A stretch of DNA of 64,000 bases from the NCBI GenBank assembly GCA_016930715.1, contig JAFGGC010000025.1, positions 11,008 through 75,007 on the forward strand, in the 5' to 3' direction. Shown here in pieces: positions 48,847 through 57,592 of this stretch (positions within the stretch are counted from its first letter, which is position 1; each line of letters begins with the position of its first letter). The stretch is from Endomicrobiales bacterium (GTDB lineage: Bacteria > Elusimicrobiota > Endomicrobiia > Endomicrobiales > JAFGGC01). Position numbers and translations under genes: made by a program. Under the pieces are notes generated by a model, which was not told the origin of the DNA, made no database searches, and saw only the letters and a program-made list of their open reading frames with translations.

Positions 48847-49953
48847 TTACAGAAGCTTGTGCGCTTTGACCTTTTTAGTTAGTATCAAATAGAATATGTC
48901 TTCCGTCTTGATCCATTGAAGCTCAAGCTTATACTTTCTGTCGACATCAATATTGTTGTCCCTTAGCAGGCAAAGAATATCATGCAGGTTTCTATGCACG
49001 AACACCCAGTTACAGAACCAGTCCGGCGATACAAAATTCCATATATCAAAATCCTTATAGCTTACTACAAATTTACCTCCTGGATTTAGGATACCCATGC
49101 AAAAGATTATGAACTCAATCAATATATTGCTCGGCAAATAGTCTGCTACCCCTATGTTATAAATGAGATCTTTTTTTCCAAAAACACTGGCAAAATGCTC
49201 CTTTTTATTGGATATATTCCGTATGCTCTCCTTCTTGAATCCAAATCTGACTTTTCTATTCCTATATTTTCCTAAATATCGTCTTGCATAATCCAAGGCA
49301 AGGTCGTCCTGATCTACGTTTGTGCAATTCAGCATACCTGAATATTCTTTGTGGAATCCTTTTTCAAAATATGTTCTGAGTATCCTGGCTCCACCGCAAC
49401 CTATATCAAGCATTTCAATCCGCGGCTTTTTAGTTTTATTTACGAAATCCCTCATTATTTCGACCATCTTATCGCGCCTGTGTCGCACAGACACTACGCT
49501 ATCGACTGACAAAAGATAATTGTCAAGATATTGACCTATTCCTTTCGACAATATTCTATTATCATACATCATTTCAAGCATTTTAAAATCCCCTGGATAC
49601 CCTCTTGGTTTTTCTGAAGCCCACTTCATTATACAACTATGCTTCGTCACTTCCTTAATTACTTCCCTGAATTTCCTTTTAATTTCCTTTATTAGTAACC
49701 TTGTCTTCAAACCTTTCCTTTCTATTTTTTTCTCAAGTTCCCTTCCTTTAAAAACGACATGATCACATCTCTCATTAATCTGTCTTTGAAGATATTTGGG
49801 CCTCATTTTATACTTTTTATATACCTGCTTAATACCTTCAATAAATCCTACTACATCTTTTAAAAAAAATCCTGCAACAAGCTCCCTCTGCTTGCTGTTT
49901 TCAGTAAGTTCCATAATTGAATTGATCGCAACTTCCATTATTGACCTTTCCAT
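48847..49953 (-). CDS. Class I SAM-dependent methyltransferase, PhcB-like
   Basis: KPRGYPGDF.M motif, SAM motif MLDIGCG, VDQD..AL, DLIYNIGVADYL, LNPGG. Confidence 0.75.
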   Translation of the reverse strand: MERSIMEVAINSIMELTENSKQRELVAGFFLKDVVGFIEGIKQVYKKYKMRPKYLQRQINERCDHVVFKGRELEKKIERKGLKTRLLIKEIKRKFREVIKEVTKHSCIMKWASEKPRGYPGDFKMLEMMYDNRILSKGIGQYLDNYLLSVDSVVSVRHRRDKMVEIMRDFVNKTKKPRIEMLDIGCGGARILRTYFEKGFHKEYSGMLNCTNVDQDDLALDYARRYLGKYRNRKVRFGFKKESIRNISNKKEHFASVFGKKDLIYNIGVADYLPSNILIEFIIFCMGILNPGGKFVVSYKDFDIWNFVSPDWFCNWVFVHRNLHDILCLLRDNNIDVDRKYKLELQWIKTEDIFYLILTKKVKAHKLL

Positions 49954-49963
49954 TTACCCTCCA

Positions 49964-51166
49964 TTATATGGCCTGCAGTACCACGCAGCAGTTATTGCCG
50001 CCAAAGGCGAAGCCATTGTTTATTGCGGCATCTACTTCCTGTTTCCTTGCGGAATTCGGCACGCAATCTATCCCGCATTCGGGATCGGGCGTTTCGAAAT
50101 TAACGGTGGGAGGTATCACCCCGTCGCGCATGGCAAGACAGCATGATATTGCCTCGATTGCCGAAGCCGCACCCATCGTGTGGCCTATCATAGATTTTAT
50201 GGAGCTGACAGGAACTTTTTTCCCGTGTTCCCCGAACACGTCAATTATCGCCTGTGATTCGTTTTTATCGTTCGCCACCGTGCCGGTTCCGTGAGCGCTG
50301 ATATAGTCGATATCCGCACCCGAAAGCCCTGAATCCTCAAGAGCTTTTTTCATTGCTTTTGCCACGCCTTCTCTTTTCGGTATCGTCATATTGTAGGCGT
50401 CCGACGACATTCCATAGCCGGATATCTCGCAGTACATTTTGGCATTTCTTCTTTCTGCGTGTTCGGCGCTTTCCAAAATCAATATCCCGGCCCCTTCGCC
50501 GAGCAGCATTCCCTTCCTGTTTTTGTCAAATGGCGCGCACTTTTCAGGCGCCATCGCGTACAGCCGCTGAAATCCCTGAAAACCTATCCTCGACAGTGAT
50601 TCCGTGCCGCCTACTATAGCTGTTTCAATTTCCCCTTTCTTTATCAGGTCATATCCATAACCCAAAGCGAAATTTCCCGCGCCGCAGGCGTTAGGCACCA
50701 GAAGGCTCATACCCTTGACTCCGAAATAATAGCCGACGTTCCTGACGATTGAAATGGGCAGGACATTGAGTATGGATTTTGTTTCCAACCCCTTATACCT
50801 TTTTTCGATAGCGTTGCGGGATGAATAATCAATTTCGCTGTCTTCTGGCAACGTGGTGCCTATTATTACGGCCGTCCTGTGCTTGCGATTGTCTCCGAAC
50901 TCCGCGTCATCAAGCGCCATTTTCGTGGCCGCGATGGCGAACTGCGACGCCCTACCGAAATGCTTTGAGAGTTTTTTCGGCATGAACCGCGAAGGGTCAA
51001 AATCCCTTATTTCTCCGGCAAAGTGCCTGTTGTATTTCGACGTATCGAACATGGACACTTTGTTTATTCCTGATTTTCCGGCAATCAGGTTCTGCCAGAA
51101 AACGTCCGTGCCGATTCCGATAGAAGAAACGACCCCCAATCCTGTCACGACGACTCTATTATCCAT
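49964..51166 (-). CDS. beta-ketoacyl-ACP synthase (FabF/KS-alpha type), intact Cys-His-His
   Basis: PNACGAG, SAHGTGT, SIKSMIGH, NGFAFGG. Confidence 0.92.
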   Translation of the reverse strand: MDNRVVVTGLGVVSSIGIGTDVFWQNLIAGKSGINKVSMFDTSKYNRHFAGEIRDFDPSRFMPKKLSKHFGRASQFAIAATKMALDDAEFGDNRKHRTAVIIGTTLPEDSEIDYSSRNAIEKRYKGLETKSILNVLPISIVRNVGYYFGVKGMSLLVPNACGAGNFALGYGYDLIKKGEIETAIVGGTESLSRIGFQGFQRLYAMAPEKCAPFDKNRKGMLLGEGAGILILESAEHAERRNAKMYCEISGYGMSSDAYNMTIPKREGVAKAMKKALEDSGLSGADIDYISAHGTGTVANDKNESQAIIDVFGEHGKKVPVSSIKSMIGHTMGAASAIEAISCCLAMRDGVIPPTVNFETPDPECGIDCVPNSARKQEVDAAINNGFAFGGNNCCVVLQAI

Positions 51167-51199
51167 ATTTGATCTTTCTTTATACCAAAATACCCGTAA

Positions 51200-52489
51200 C
51201 TAAAAATTGTATGTGGCGCCCAGCCTGAAAATGTTCAACGGATACTCATAGCTCCTGCCGTCTTTTGAAGGGCTGTTTGAGGGACAGAAAGCGTAACAAA
51301 AATCAATATTCACCTTTCCTGCCTTATACCCTGCTCCTATGGAATAGTACACGAAATCATACTGGTTTATCTCAGTAAGAGCCAGCATATCGGTCGAAAA
51401 CGGCACAGGGTCCGTCTGTATGCCGGCTCTCAACGCAAGCTTTTCGCTCTGCCTGTATTCGGCTCCCAAACGCACCTGCGTCGTATCTTTCCAGTCCCTG
51501 TTGTCGAGTTTGCGGTCAACATCCGGAAACGCGGCGTCCTTGTATTTGATCGTCTCATGCATGACTGAATAGTTGTTCTGGTCAACGCACAGCCCGACAG
51601 TGACGTCATCCTGCGGCAGGTACGAAAATCCCAGACCGTACGTCATCGGATATTTGTAGTCCTCGTCATAGTCGGCTTCGGTCGGCGCCAGCTTGCTCGT
51701 GCCGGTCAGCTTTATCGTCGTGCCGCTTCTGAACACAAAGCCGCTGTTGACCTTTTCGCTAAGCTTATACATCACGCCCGTTACCAGCTGCATCCCGTAG
51801 CCAGAGGCGCTTTTTTCGTACAAAACGCTGTAGTCTGCGGGCATTGCCGACCCCGTTCCTCTCGTATAATCCTTCTTGATCGTCAGCGTGTCCGTCATAT
51901 TGACAACGTCAATCCCGACGCCCAGCGAAAGCTCCGAATTCATTTCCTTCGCGACGCTGAAGTTATACACTATGAAAGCGTAAGCGGCTTCAAGGCTCGC
52001 GTCGATCGTGTCTGTGCCTGTGAGCGCATCACTCACCGAATCCTCCCACTTGCCTCCCCCGCCGCCTATGCCGTACATGTTCAACGAATACGTGATGCCG
52101 CCGCTGTGCTTGTATCCGCCCACGAAGGGTATGAGAGCGGACGTTTTGAATTTCTTGCTCTGAAACTCAGCCGGCTCGCTCGGCATCTGCGCGGCGATGG
52201 GAAAATCCCCGTCCTGCGACACGGGCGCGGAAACGTTCATCATGGACCGGTTGCTCTTGGCGTCATCCGCCAGATAAAAAACGGAAGCCTCCACGGCGGC
52301 TTCCTTCTGAAGCGCGAGGCCTGCGGGGTTATAGTACGCCGCTGTCGGCCCGTCCGCGACCGCTATTACCGCGGACCCCATGCCTCCGTCCCTGGCGCCG
52401 GGAAGTATGAATATCCCTTTCGCCCACAAAGACTGCCCAAAAACCGATAAAACAAACAGAAGCGTGCATGTCAATCTTAGCTGTTTCAT
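51200..52489 (-). CDS. FadL/TodX-family outer-membrane hydrophobic-compound channel
   Basis: Signal peptide, GARDGGMGSA..AVADGPTAAYYNPAGL plug, W.DT...RLGAEY, C-terminal ...GATYNF. Confidence 0.8.
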   Translation of the reverse strand: MKQLRLTCTLLFVLSVFGQSLWAKGIFILPGARDGGMGSAVIAVADGPTAAYYNPAGLALQKEAAVEASVFYLADDAKSNRSMMNVSAPVSQDGDFPIAAQMPSEPAEFQSKKFKTSALIPFVGGYKHSGGITYSLNMYGIGGGGGKWEDSVSDALTGTDTIDASLEAAYAFIVYNFSVAKEMNSELSLGVGIDVVNMTDTLTIKKDYTRGTGSAMPADYSVLYEKSASGYGMQLVTGVMYKLSEKVNSGFVFRSGTTIKLTGTSKLAPTEADYDEDYKYPMTYGLGFSYLPQDDVTVGLCVDQNNYSVMHETIKYKDAAFPDVDRKLDNRDWKDTTQVRLGAEYRQSEKLALRAGIQTDPVPFSTDMLALTEINQYDFVYYSIGAGYKAGKVNIDFCYAFCPSNSPSKDGRSYEYPLNIFRLGATYNF

Positions 52490-52496
52490 TTTTTTA

Positions 52497-52520
52497 ATGT
52501 TATATCTTCCGATATAACAT
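52497..52520. promoter_or_regulatory. Perfect 10-bp hairpin between SD and start codon of the FadL-like gene
   Basis: ATGTTATATC-ttcc-GATATAACAT. The mRNA loop is GGAA. Confidence 0.6.
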
Positions 52521-52534
52521 ATCCTCCTTTGTTA

Positions 52535-53002
52535 TTATTGCCCCAATTTCACTCCGAAACCCAGAACCGCCTCGGCGATGATATCTTCCCCCACCTTCGC
52601 CCTGACCTTTACGATTCCGCCGGTGTCTATCACCTTGTCGGCGCTCGCTTCTATGACAAGCGTGTCCCCCGGCACCGCCGGCCTCTTGAAAACTGCCTCG
52701 ACCTTCCCCAAAAAAAACTGCGGGTTTTTCTTCATGTTGTCCGATTTCACGTGCGCGTAAAGGAGTATGCCGGCCTGCGCCATCGCCTCTATGATGATGA
52801 CGCCCGGCATTATGGGGTTTTCCGGAAAGTGCCCCTGAAAATAGTCCTCGTTGGCTGTGATGTGCTTAAGGCAGGTTATCGAGGAACCCGTTTTGTCGAA
52901 TTCCACGACCCTATCGATGAACACGAAAGGATACTTCTGAGGAAGGACCTTCTTTACATCGCAGGAAAAAAATTGGCCGTTTTTCTGGTCTTGATGCGAC
53001 AT
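52535..53002 (-). CDS. 3-hydroxyacyl-ACP dehydratase (second FabZ-type copy)
   Basis: LPQKYPFVFIDRV, HFPENPIMPGVIIIEAMAQ. Confidence 0.92.
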   Translation of the reverse strand: MSHQDQKNGQFFSCDVKKVLPQKYPFVFIDRVVEFDKTGSSITCLKHITANEDYFQGHFPENPIMPGVIIIEAMAQAGILLYAHVKSDNMKKNPQFFLGKVEAVFKRPAVPGDTLVIEASADKVIDTGGIVKVRAKVGEDIIAEAVLGFGVKLGQ

Positions 53003-53059
53003 GAAATCCTTTTGAAAACAAGAAAGTTAAAACCGCCCTTTAATTCTAAAGGGTTTCCT

Positions 53060-53317
53060 TTATTTTTTCAATAGTTTTTCAATTAATTCATAAACGTCAT
53101 TTGGCGAGCGAATGGTGGGTATTTGTTCTTCCGGAATCGCGACTTTGAACTTCTTTTCCACCGCGGCGACTATCTCAAGCGCCTTCATGCTGTCAACCCC
53201 CATATCCTCGGCAAATTTTGCGTCATCCTTCAATTCCTTTTCCGGAATCTCGGATATGTCGGAGATGAGTTTCCTTATCCCCTTGCGCATCGCACCCGCA
53301 TCCTTAACTTTCGGCAT
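53060..53317 (-). CDS. Acyl carrier protein
   Basis: DMGVDSMKALEI phosphopantetheine Ser motif. GGAGG SD before ATG at 53317. Confidence 0.9.
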   Translation of the reverse strand: MPKVKDAGAMRKGIRKLISDISEIPEKELKDDAKFAEDMGVDSMKALEIVAAVEKKFKVAIPEEQIPTIRSPNDVYELIEKLLKK

Positions 53318-53399
53318 CTTGAAAACCTCCTTTTGGATTTTTAGCCCCCCCTCCGGGGACCGTTTTTGTTTCTTTAACCTTTGAACTCTTGAACCTGCC

Positions 53400-54134
53400 C
53401 TATATCGCCAATCCACCGTCAATCTTTATTACCTCGCCCGTAATGTATCCCGCTTTTCCCGACGCGAGAAAAACGCAGAGATCCGCCACTTCTTCCGGCT
53501 CTCCGAGTCGCTTCTGCGGCACCGACTCCAGTATCTTTTTTTTGACGTCTTCGCCCAGCGAATCCACCATATCCGTCTTTATGTACCCCGGGCATACCGT
53601 GTTCACCCGCACGTTGTAGCCGGCAACCTCCTTGGCGAGCGCTTTCGAAAAACCGATTATCCCGGCTTTCGAAGCGCTGTAATTCGTCTGTCTCGGCAGG
53701 CCCGTTATCCCGCTGACGGAACTCATGTTGATAACGCATCCGCCCTTCTGCTTCATAAAGGTCGTTATGGCCGCCCTCGTCATGTTGAACGTGCCGTTGA
53801 GGTTGGTGTCTATCACGGTCTTCCAGTCGTCGTGCGTCATCATCACGAGCGCCTTGTCGATATTCACGCCGGCGTTGTTGACGACGACATCGAGTTTCTT
53901 GAATTTTTTCAGGGCCTCGTTCACTACCGCCCTGCACTGCTCGTATTCCCGAACGTCGGTTTTCACGCTGACGACGTTCTTCGCGGATTTTTGAAGAGCA
54001 TCTGCCTCGTCCTTGCTCCTGTTATAGGTGAAAACCACGTTGGCCCCGGCTTTCGAGAAAGCCAGAACGCAGGCTCTCCCGATGCCCCTTGAACCGCCGG
54101 TTATTATGGCTGTCTTTCCCTTTAAAACGTTCAT
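53400..54134 (-). CDS. 3-oxoacyl-ACP reductase (FabG type)
   Basis: TGGSRGIG, NNAG, YSASK, PGYIKT, IDGGL. Confidence 0.93.
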   Translation of the reverse strand: MNVLKGKTAIITGGSRGIGRACVLAFSKAGANVVFTYNRSKDEADALQKSAKNVVSVKTDVREYEQCRAVVNEALKKFKKLDVVVNNAGVNIDKALVMMTHDDWKTVIDTNLNGTFNMTRAAITTFMKQKGGCVINMSSVSGITGLPRQTNYSASKAGIIGFSKALAKEVAGYNVRVNTVCPGYIKTDMVDSLGEDVKKKILESVPQKRLGEPEEVADLCVFLASGKAGYITGEVIKIDGGLAI

Positions 54135-55363
54135 ACTTTCTCCAGTATGCAGGCGCTGTTGTATCCGCCGGGCCCGAATGAAGTCACGAGAACGGTCTTT
54201 ATCCTCTTTTTTCTGGCCCTGTTCGGCACGCAGTCAATGTCGCAATCCGGGTCCTTCTGCTTGTAGTTTATCGTAGGAGGTATGAACCCTTTGTGCATCG
54301 CTCCGGCGGACGATATTATCTGCAGGATACCAGACGCAGAGAAGGTCTCCCCGAGCATCGATTTTATGGAGCTTGCCGGTATTGTCTTCAGGCTCTCGCC
54401 GAAGATTTTCTTGAGAACCAAGACCTCTATCCCGTCCATCTCCCGGGAGGAGTTCGCGCAGGTCGATATGTAATCTATGTCTTCGGGAAGCACGTCGGCC
54501 TGCTCCAGCGCGGACCTCACCGCTTTTTCAAGGCCTAACCCTTGAGGGTGGATCCTCGCGATGCCTCTGGCGTCAAAGTAATTCGCGACTGCCCTGACCC
54601 TGGCGTATACTTTCGCCTTTCTGGCAAGCGCGGTTTTTTCGTCCTCCATCACCACCACTCCCGCGCCTTCACCCAGGACCGGGCCATTGCGCCTCTTGTC
54701 GTACGGGCACATAACTTCTTTGCCTTTTAGCCCTGCCAGGTACCCAAGCTTATTGAACCCGAAAAGCACCGGATAAGACAGGGTGTCCACGGCCCCGCAG
54801 AGGACGGTTTTTGCCCTGCCTGTTTCTATTGTGTTTTCAGCGTATTTTATTGCGTCAAGCGATGAAGTGTAGCCGGTGGAAACTGTGGTGTTGAAACCCT
54901 GCATGTTGAACTTTATCGAAACCTGGCTTGAGGCTGCGTTTATGACGGTTGAAGGGAACAGCGCGGGATTGGAAAAATTTAGGCCTTCCTTCAACACCTG
55001 CCTGTCGAACTGGACTATCGGTACGAGGTGCGAAAACGACGTCCCGGTGACCATGCCGATGTCGTCGGTGTTCTCTCCGGTTATCGATAGCTTCGCGTCG
55101 TCGATAGCCATTTTTGAGGCGGCGATCAGAAATAGGGCGCTCCTGTCGAGGTTCCGCAGGCCCTTTTCGTCGCCGAAAAAAAACATAAGTTTCGAGTCGT
55201 CGACTTCGCCAGCTGTTTTCGCCTTGATTTTTCCGACAGAAAAGTTCCGGATAGGTTTAACGCAATTCCTGCCTGCCCTAAGATTCCCCCAAAACTCTTC
55301 TTTCCCCACAGCCCCTGAAGTAACTACGCCGAGGCCCGAAATGACAAGTTTGACAGTTTTCAT
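54131..55363 (-). CDS. Ketosynthase-like protein lacking the catalytic triad (chain-length-factor-like)
   Basis: KS fold (LGEGAG, SSIKSMLG, SFGPGG) but STGYTSS (no Cys), STCANSS (no His), LGET (no His). Confidence 0.85.
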   Translation of the reverse strand: MKTVKLVISGLGVVTSGAVGKEEFWGNLRAGRNCVKPIRNFSVGKIKAKTAGEVDDSKLMFFFGDEKGLRNLDRSALFLIAASKMAIDDAKLSITGENTDDIGMVTGTSFSHLVPIVQFDRQVLKEGLNFSNPALFPSTVINAASSQVSIKFNMQGFNTTVSTGYTSSLDAIKYAENTIETGRAKTVLCGAVDTLSYPVLFGFNKLGYLAGLKGKEVMCPYDKRRNGPVLGEGAGVVVMEDEKTALARKAKVYARVRAVANYFDARGIARIHPQGLGLEKAVRSALEQADVLPEDIDYISTCANSSREMDGIEVLVLKKIFGESLKTIPASSIKSMLGETFSASGILQIISSAGAMHKGFIPPTINYKQKDPDCDIDCVPNRARKKRIKTVLVTSFGPGGYNSACILEKV

Positions 55364-55406
55364 GGTTAAGGCATCGAGAGCAAGATTGACCCGCTGCTTA
55401 CTTGGT

Positions 55407-55436
55407 ATTCTATCTAAAATAAAAGGGATTTGTCAA
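55407..55436 (-). promoter_or_regulatory. sigma70-type promoter heading the PKS/FAS-signalling cluster
   Basis: TTGACA(55436-55431)-N18-TAGAAT(55412-55407). Confidence 0.6.
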
Positions 55437-55483
55437 GGATGGAGACCTAAGGAAAAAGTTGCACAAAAATTTTACTGGAGCAT

Positions 55484-57592
55484 TTAACCGGAGTTTCTTG
55501 ACCCGTTCCCGTTCCTGCGGAAATACACGAAAGCATATACCAAGAAACCGGCGAACGCGGCCCCTGATACGGCCAGACCAGCCTTGACAGGCCAAGGGTC
55601 GTAGTACATCCGGATCTTATGGCGTCCCGGTTTAACGGCGAGCGCCCTCAGCGCGTAATCCGCAAGCAGAATCTCGCTGTTTTTTCCGTCAATTTCGGCC
55701 TTCCATCCGGGGTAGTAATTTTCGCTGAAAACAAGCCATCCGGCGTCTTGCGAATCGACCGAAACCCGTATTTCGTTAAAGGAGTAATTCCCGATGCTGA
55801 CTATCCACCTGTTATCCTTTTTTACTGAACTTGCGTCGGGTTTGAAATCCCCCGGCTTCCTTTCTGCACTGAATATGACCTCGTTCCACGGGTCAAAACG
55901 GTTTGACGACATATAATCGAGAATCCCGCTCTCCGGCAAATACAACGCCTTCGGCGCGAAGAACACCCTGGGCAGGTGCCGGTTGTTCTTGTACACGTTC
56001 ACGTGTCCTTTTTTAATCAGCCGGTACGACGGGTCGCTTATTTCGCGCATTGTCAACAGGTACTTGACGTTCAAAAGGTCCAGCACCGGAGTGTACGGAG
56101 TATCTATCGTCCTCAGCAGCGAATCGTACCTCGCCGGCGTGAACGATTCCCTGCCGTCTATGTCAAAAAGCATGTAGGCACCGCCGGTGTTCCTGTGGAG
56201 CATATCCTTGTGATTGAGCCATCTTTTTAGATAGTCTTCGTCGAACTCCGGCCTGCCCGACGCCGCCTCCGGCGTAACGACGTACCTGAACAGGTCGCCG
56301 TCGCCGGCCAATAGTTCGATGTTGCCGGTCTTCGTTTCGTAGTAGGAATCGTCTATCAGCTGGTGCGCTTTGGCCCCGAACAGGAACAGTTCGGCCACGA
56401 TCAGCGCAACTACAACCGTTTTAAGGCGCGTGCTTCTCATATTTCCGACGGAGTATCCCGCGAGCAGCGCGAAGGCGAACGCGCTCATCGAATTTACCTG
56501 GGCCGGGAACCTGAAATATTTCCAGCCCGGCACCGCGTGATAGAACAGCTTGTACACCGGCAGGTAACTGCCCAGGGACAGCGCCAGCGAAACGATGAAA
56601 ACCCACAAGAAAAACGATATCTCGCCTTTCATCAGTTTTTTGACGGAGACAAATACCAACACTAAGGCAACGACCGAAAAATAGAACCCGGTTATGTGCG
56701 GGTCGTCGGGCCAGAAGGGTTTGAACCAGTCCCACAGAGGCAGGAAGATGAACTTGGCGAAGATTTCCGGGCTTATCGAATAAACCGCCGCGTGTTCAAA
56801 CCCCATCCCGCCACCCCTGACCGAATTTTTCACCACTTCCAGCGCGGGCAGCACCTGCGCCATTGAAAAAACGGCGGTCGACGCGGCAAACAAGGCAAGA
56901 TATCCCGCTTTTTTCACGATACCAGGCCCGGTGCGAGCAAAGACGGCGTAGAAAAACATCACCACCGCGCAGTAATAGGTGAACTGCGGGAATCCCGCGA
57001 AGACCTGCACCGCGGCGAAAAGCGCCGCCAGGAGCGCGTAGAACACCTTCTGGTCGGCAAGCGCCTTGCGGAAGAACAGAAAAACAAGCGGCGTCCAGGC
57101 GTACGAGCTCGCGTTGCTCAATATCCCCGCGTGCAGGACGAAGAACCCGTTGAACATGTAGACCGCCGCGGAAAGAACCGCTGCCGCCGTGCCGAATTTC
57201 ATCGAACGCGAAAGAAAATACATGAAAAGCCCAGCCATGAACGCGTGCAGAACGATGCTTATCTTGATTGCGGCGGCAAAACCCGTCAGGGCATATACAA
57301 TGTTGAAGGGATAATAGCATCCGGCCTGGGGATTGGCGAGAAACGGCATACCGCACAGTACGAATGGGTTCCAGAGGGGTATGGTTTTTGCGGCAAGTGC
57401 GCTCTTGTACAGCGCGAAACTCGGAAAGAAAAGTTTTTCCGTCAGGTCGAAGAACAGGACCTGGCCGGTGAAAACTATTTTATGCCAGAAGGCGGCCGAC
57501 AGCAGGAAAAGAACCGCGGCCCACTTGATGTGGACGCGCGCGCCGTCCCCCCGCATTTCCAGAACCGTTTTCAGCAGACTTTTGAGCATCAT
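55484..57592 (-). CDS. YfhO-family membrane protein (GT-C-like)
   Basis: PLWNP...GMPF.ANPQ...YYP, many TMs, FRFP, C-terminal SENYYPGWKA.IDG...G.H.I...Y.P. Confidence 0.85.
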   Translation of the reverse strand: MMLKSLLKTVLEMRGDGARVHIKWAAVLFLLSAAFWHKIVFTGQVLFFDLTEKLFFPSFALYKSALAAKTIPLWNPFVLCGMPFLANPQAGCYYPFNIVYALTGFAAAIKISIVLHAFMAGLFMYFLSRSMKFGTAAAVLSAAVYMFNGFFVLHAGILSNASSYAWTPLVFLFFRKALADQKVFYALLAALFAAVQVFAGFPQFTYYCAVVMFFYAVFARTGPGIVKKAGYLALFAASTAVFSMAQVLPALEVVKNSVRGGGMGFEHAAVYSISPEIFAKFIFLPLWDWFKPFWPDDPHITGFYFSVVALVLVFVSVKKLMKGEISFFLWVFIVSLALSLGSYLPVYKLFYHAVPGWKYFRFPAQVNSMSAFAFALLAGYSVGNMRSTRLKTVVVALIVAELFLFGAKAHQLIDDSYYETKTGNIELLAGDGDLFRYVVTPEAASGRPEFDEDYLKRWLNHKDMLHRNTGGAYMLFDIDGRESFTPARYDSLLRTIDTPYTPVLDLLNVKYLLTMREISDPSYRLIKKGHVNVYKNNRHLPRVFFAPKALYLPESGILDYMSSNRFDPWNEVIFSAERKPGDFKPDASSVKKDNRWIVSIGNYSFNEIRVSVDSQDAGWLVFSENYYPGWKAEIDGKNSEILLADYALRALAVKPGRHKIRMYYDPWPVKAGLAVSGAAFAGFLVYAFVYFRRNGNGSRNSG

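Noticed and set aside
53036-53053. 7-bp hairpin CCCTTTA-attc-TAAAGGG after the ACP gene
   Set aside because: Too weak and AT-rich to call a terminator. At most an mRNA-stabilising stem.
49964-55363. Cluster as the housekeeping fatty-acid synthase operon
   Set aside because: No plsX, fabH, fabD or enoyl reductase. One KS is inactive, FabZ is already supplied by the LpxC fusion, and the cluster contains a channel and signalling genes.
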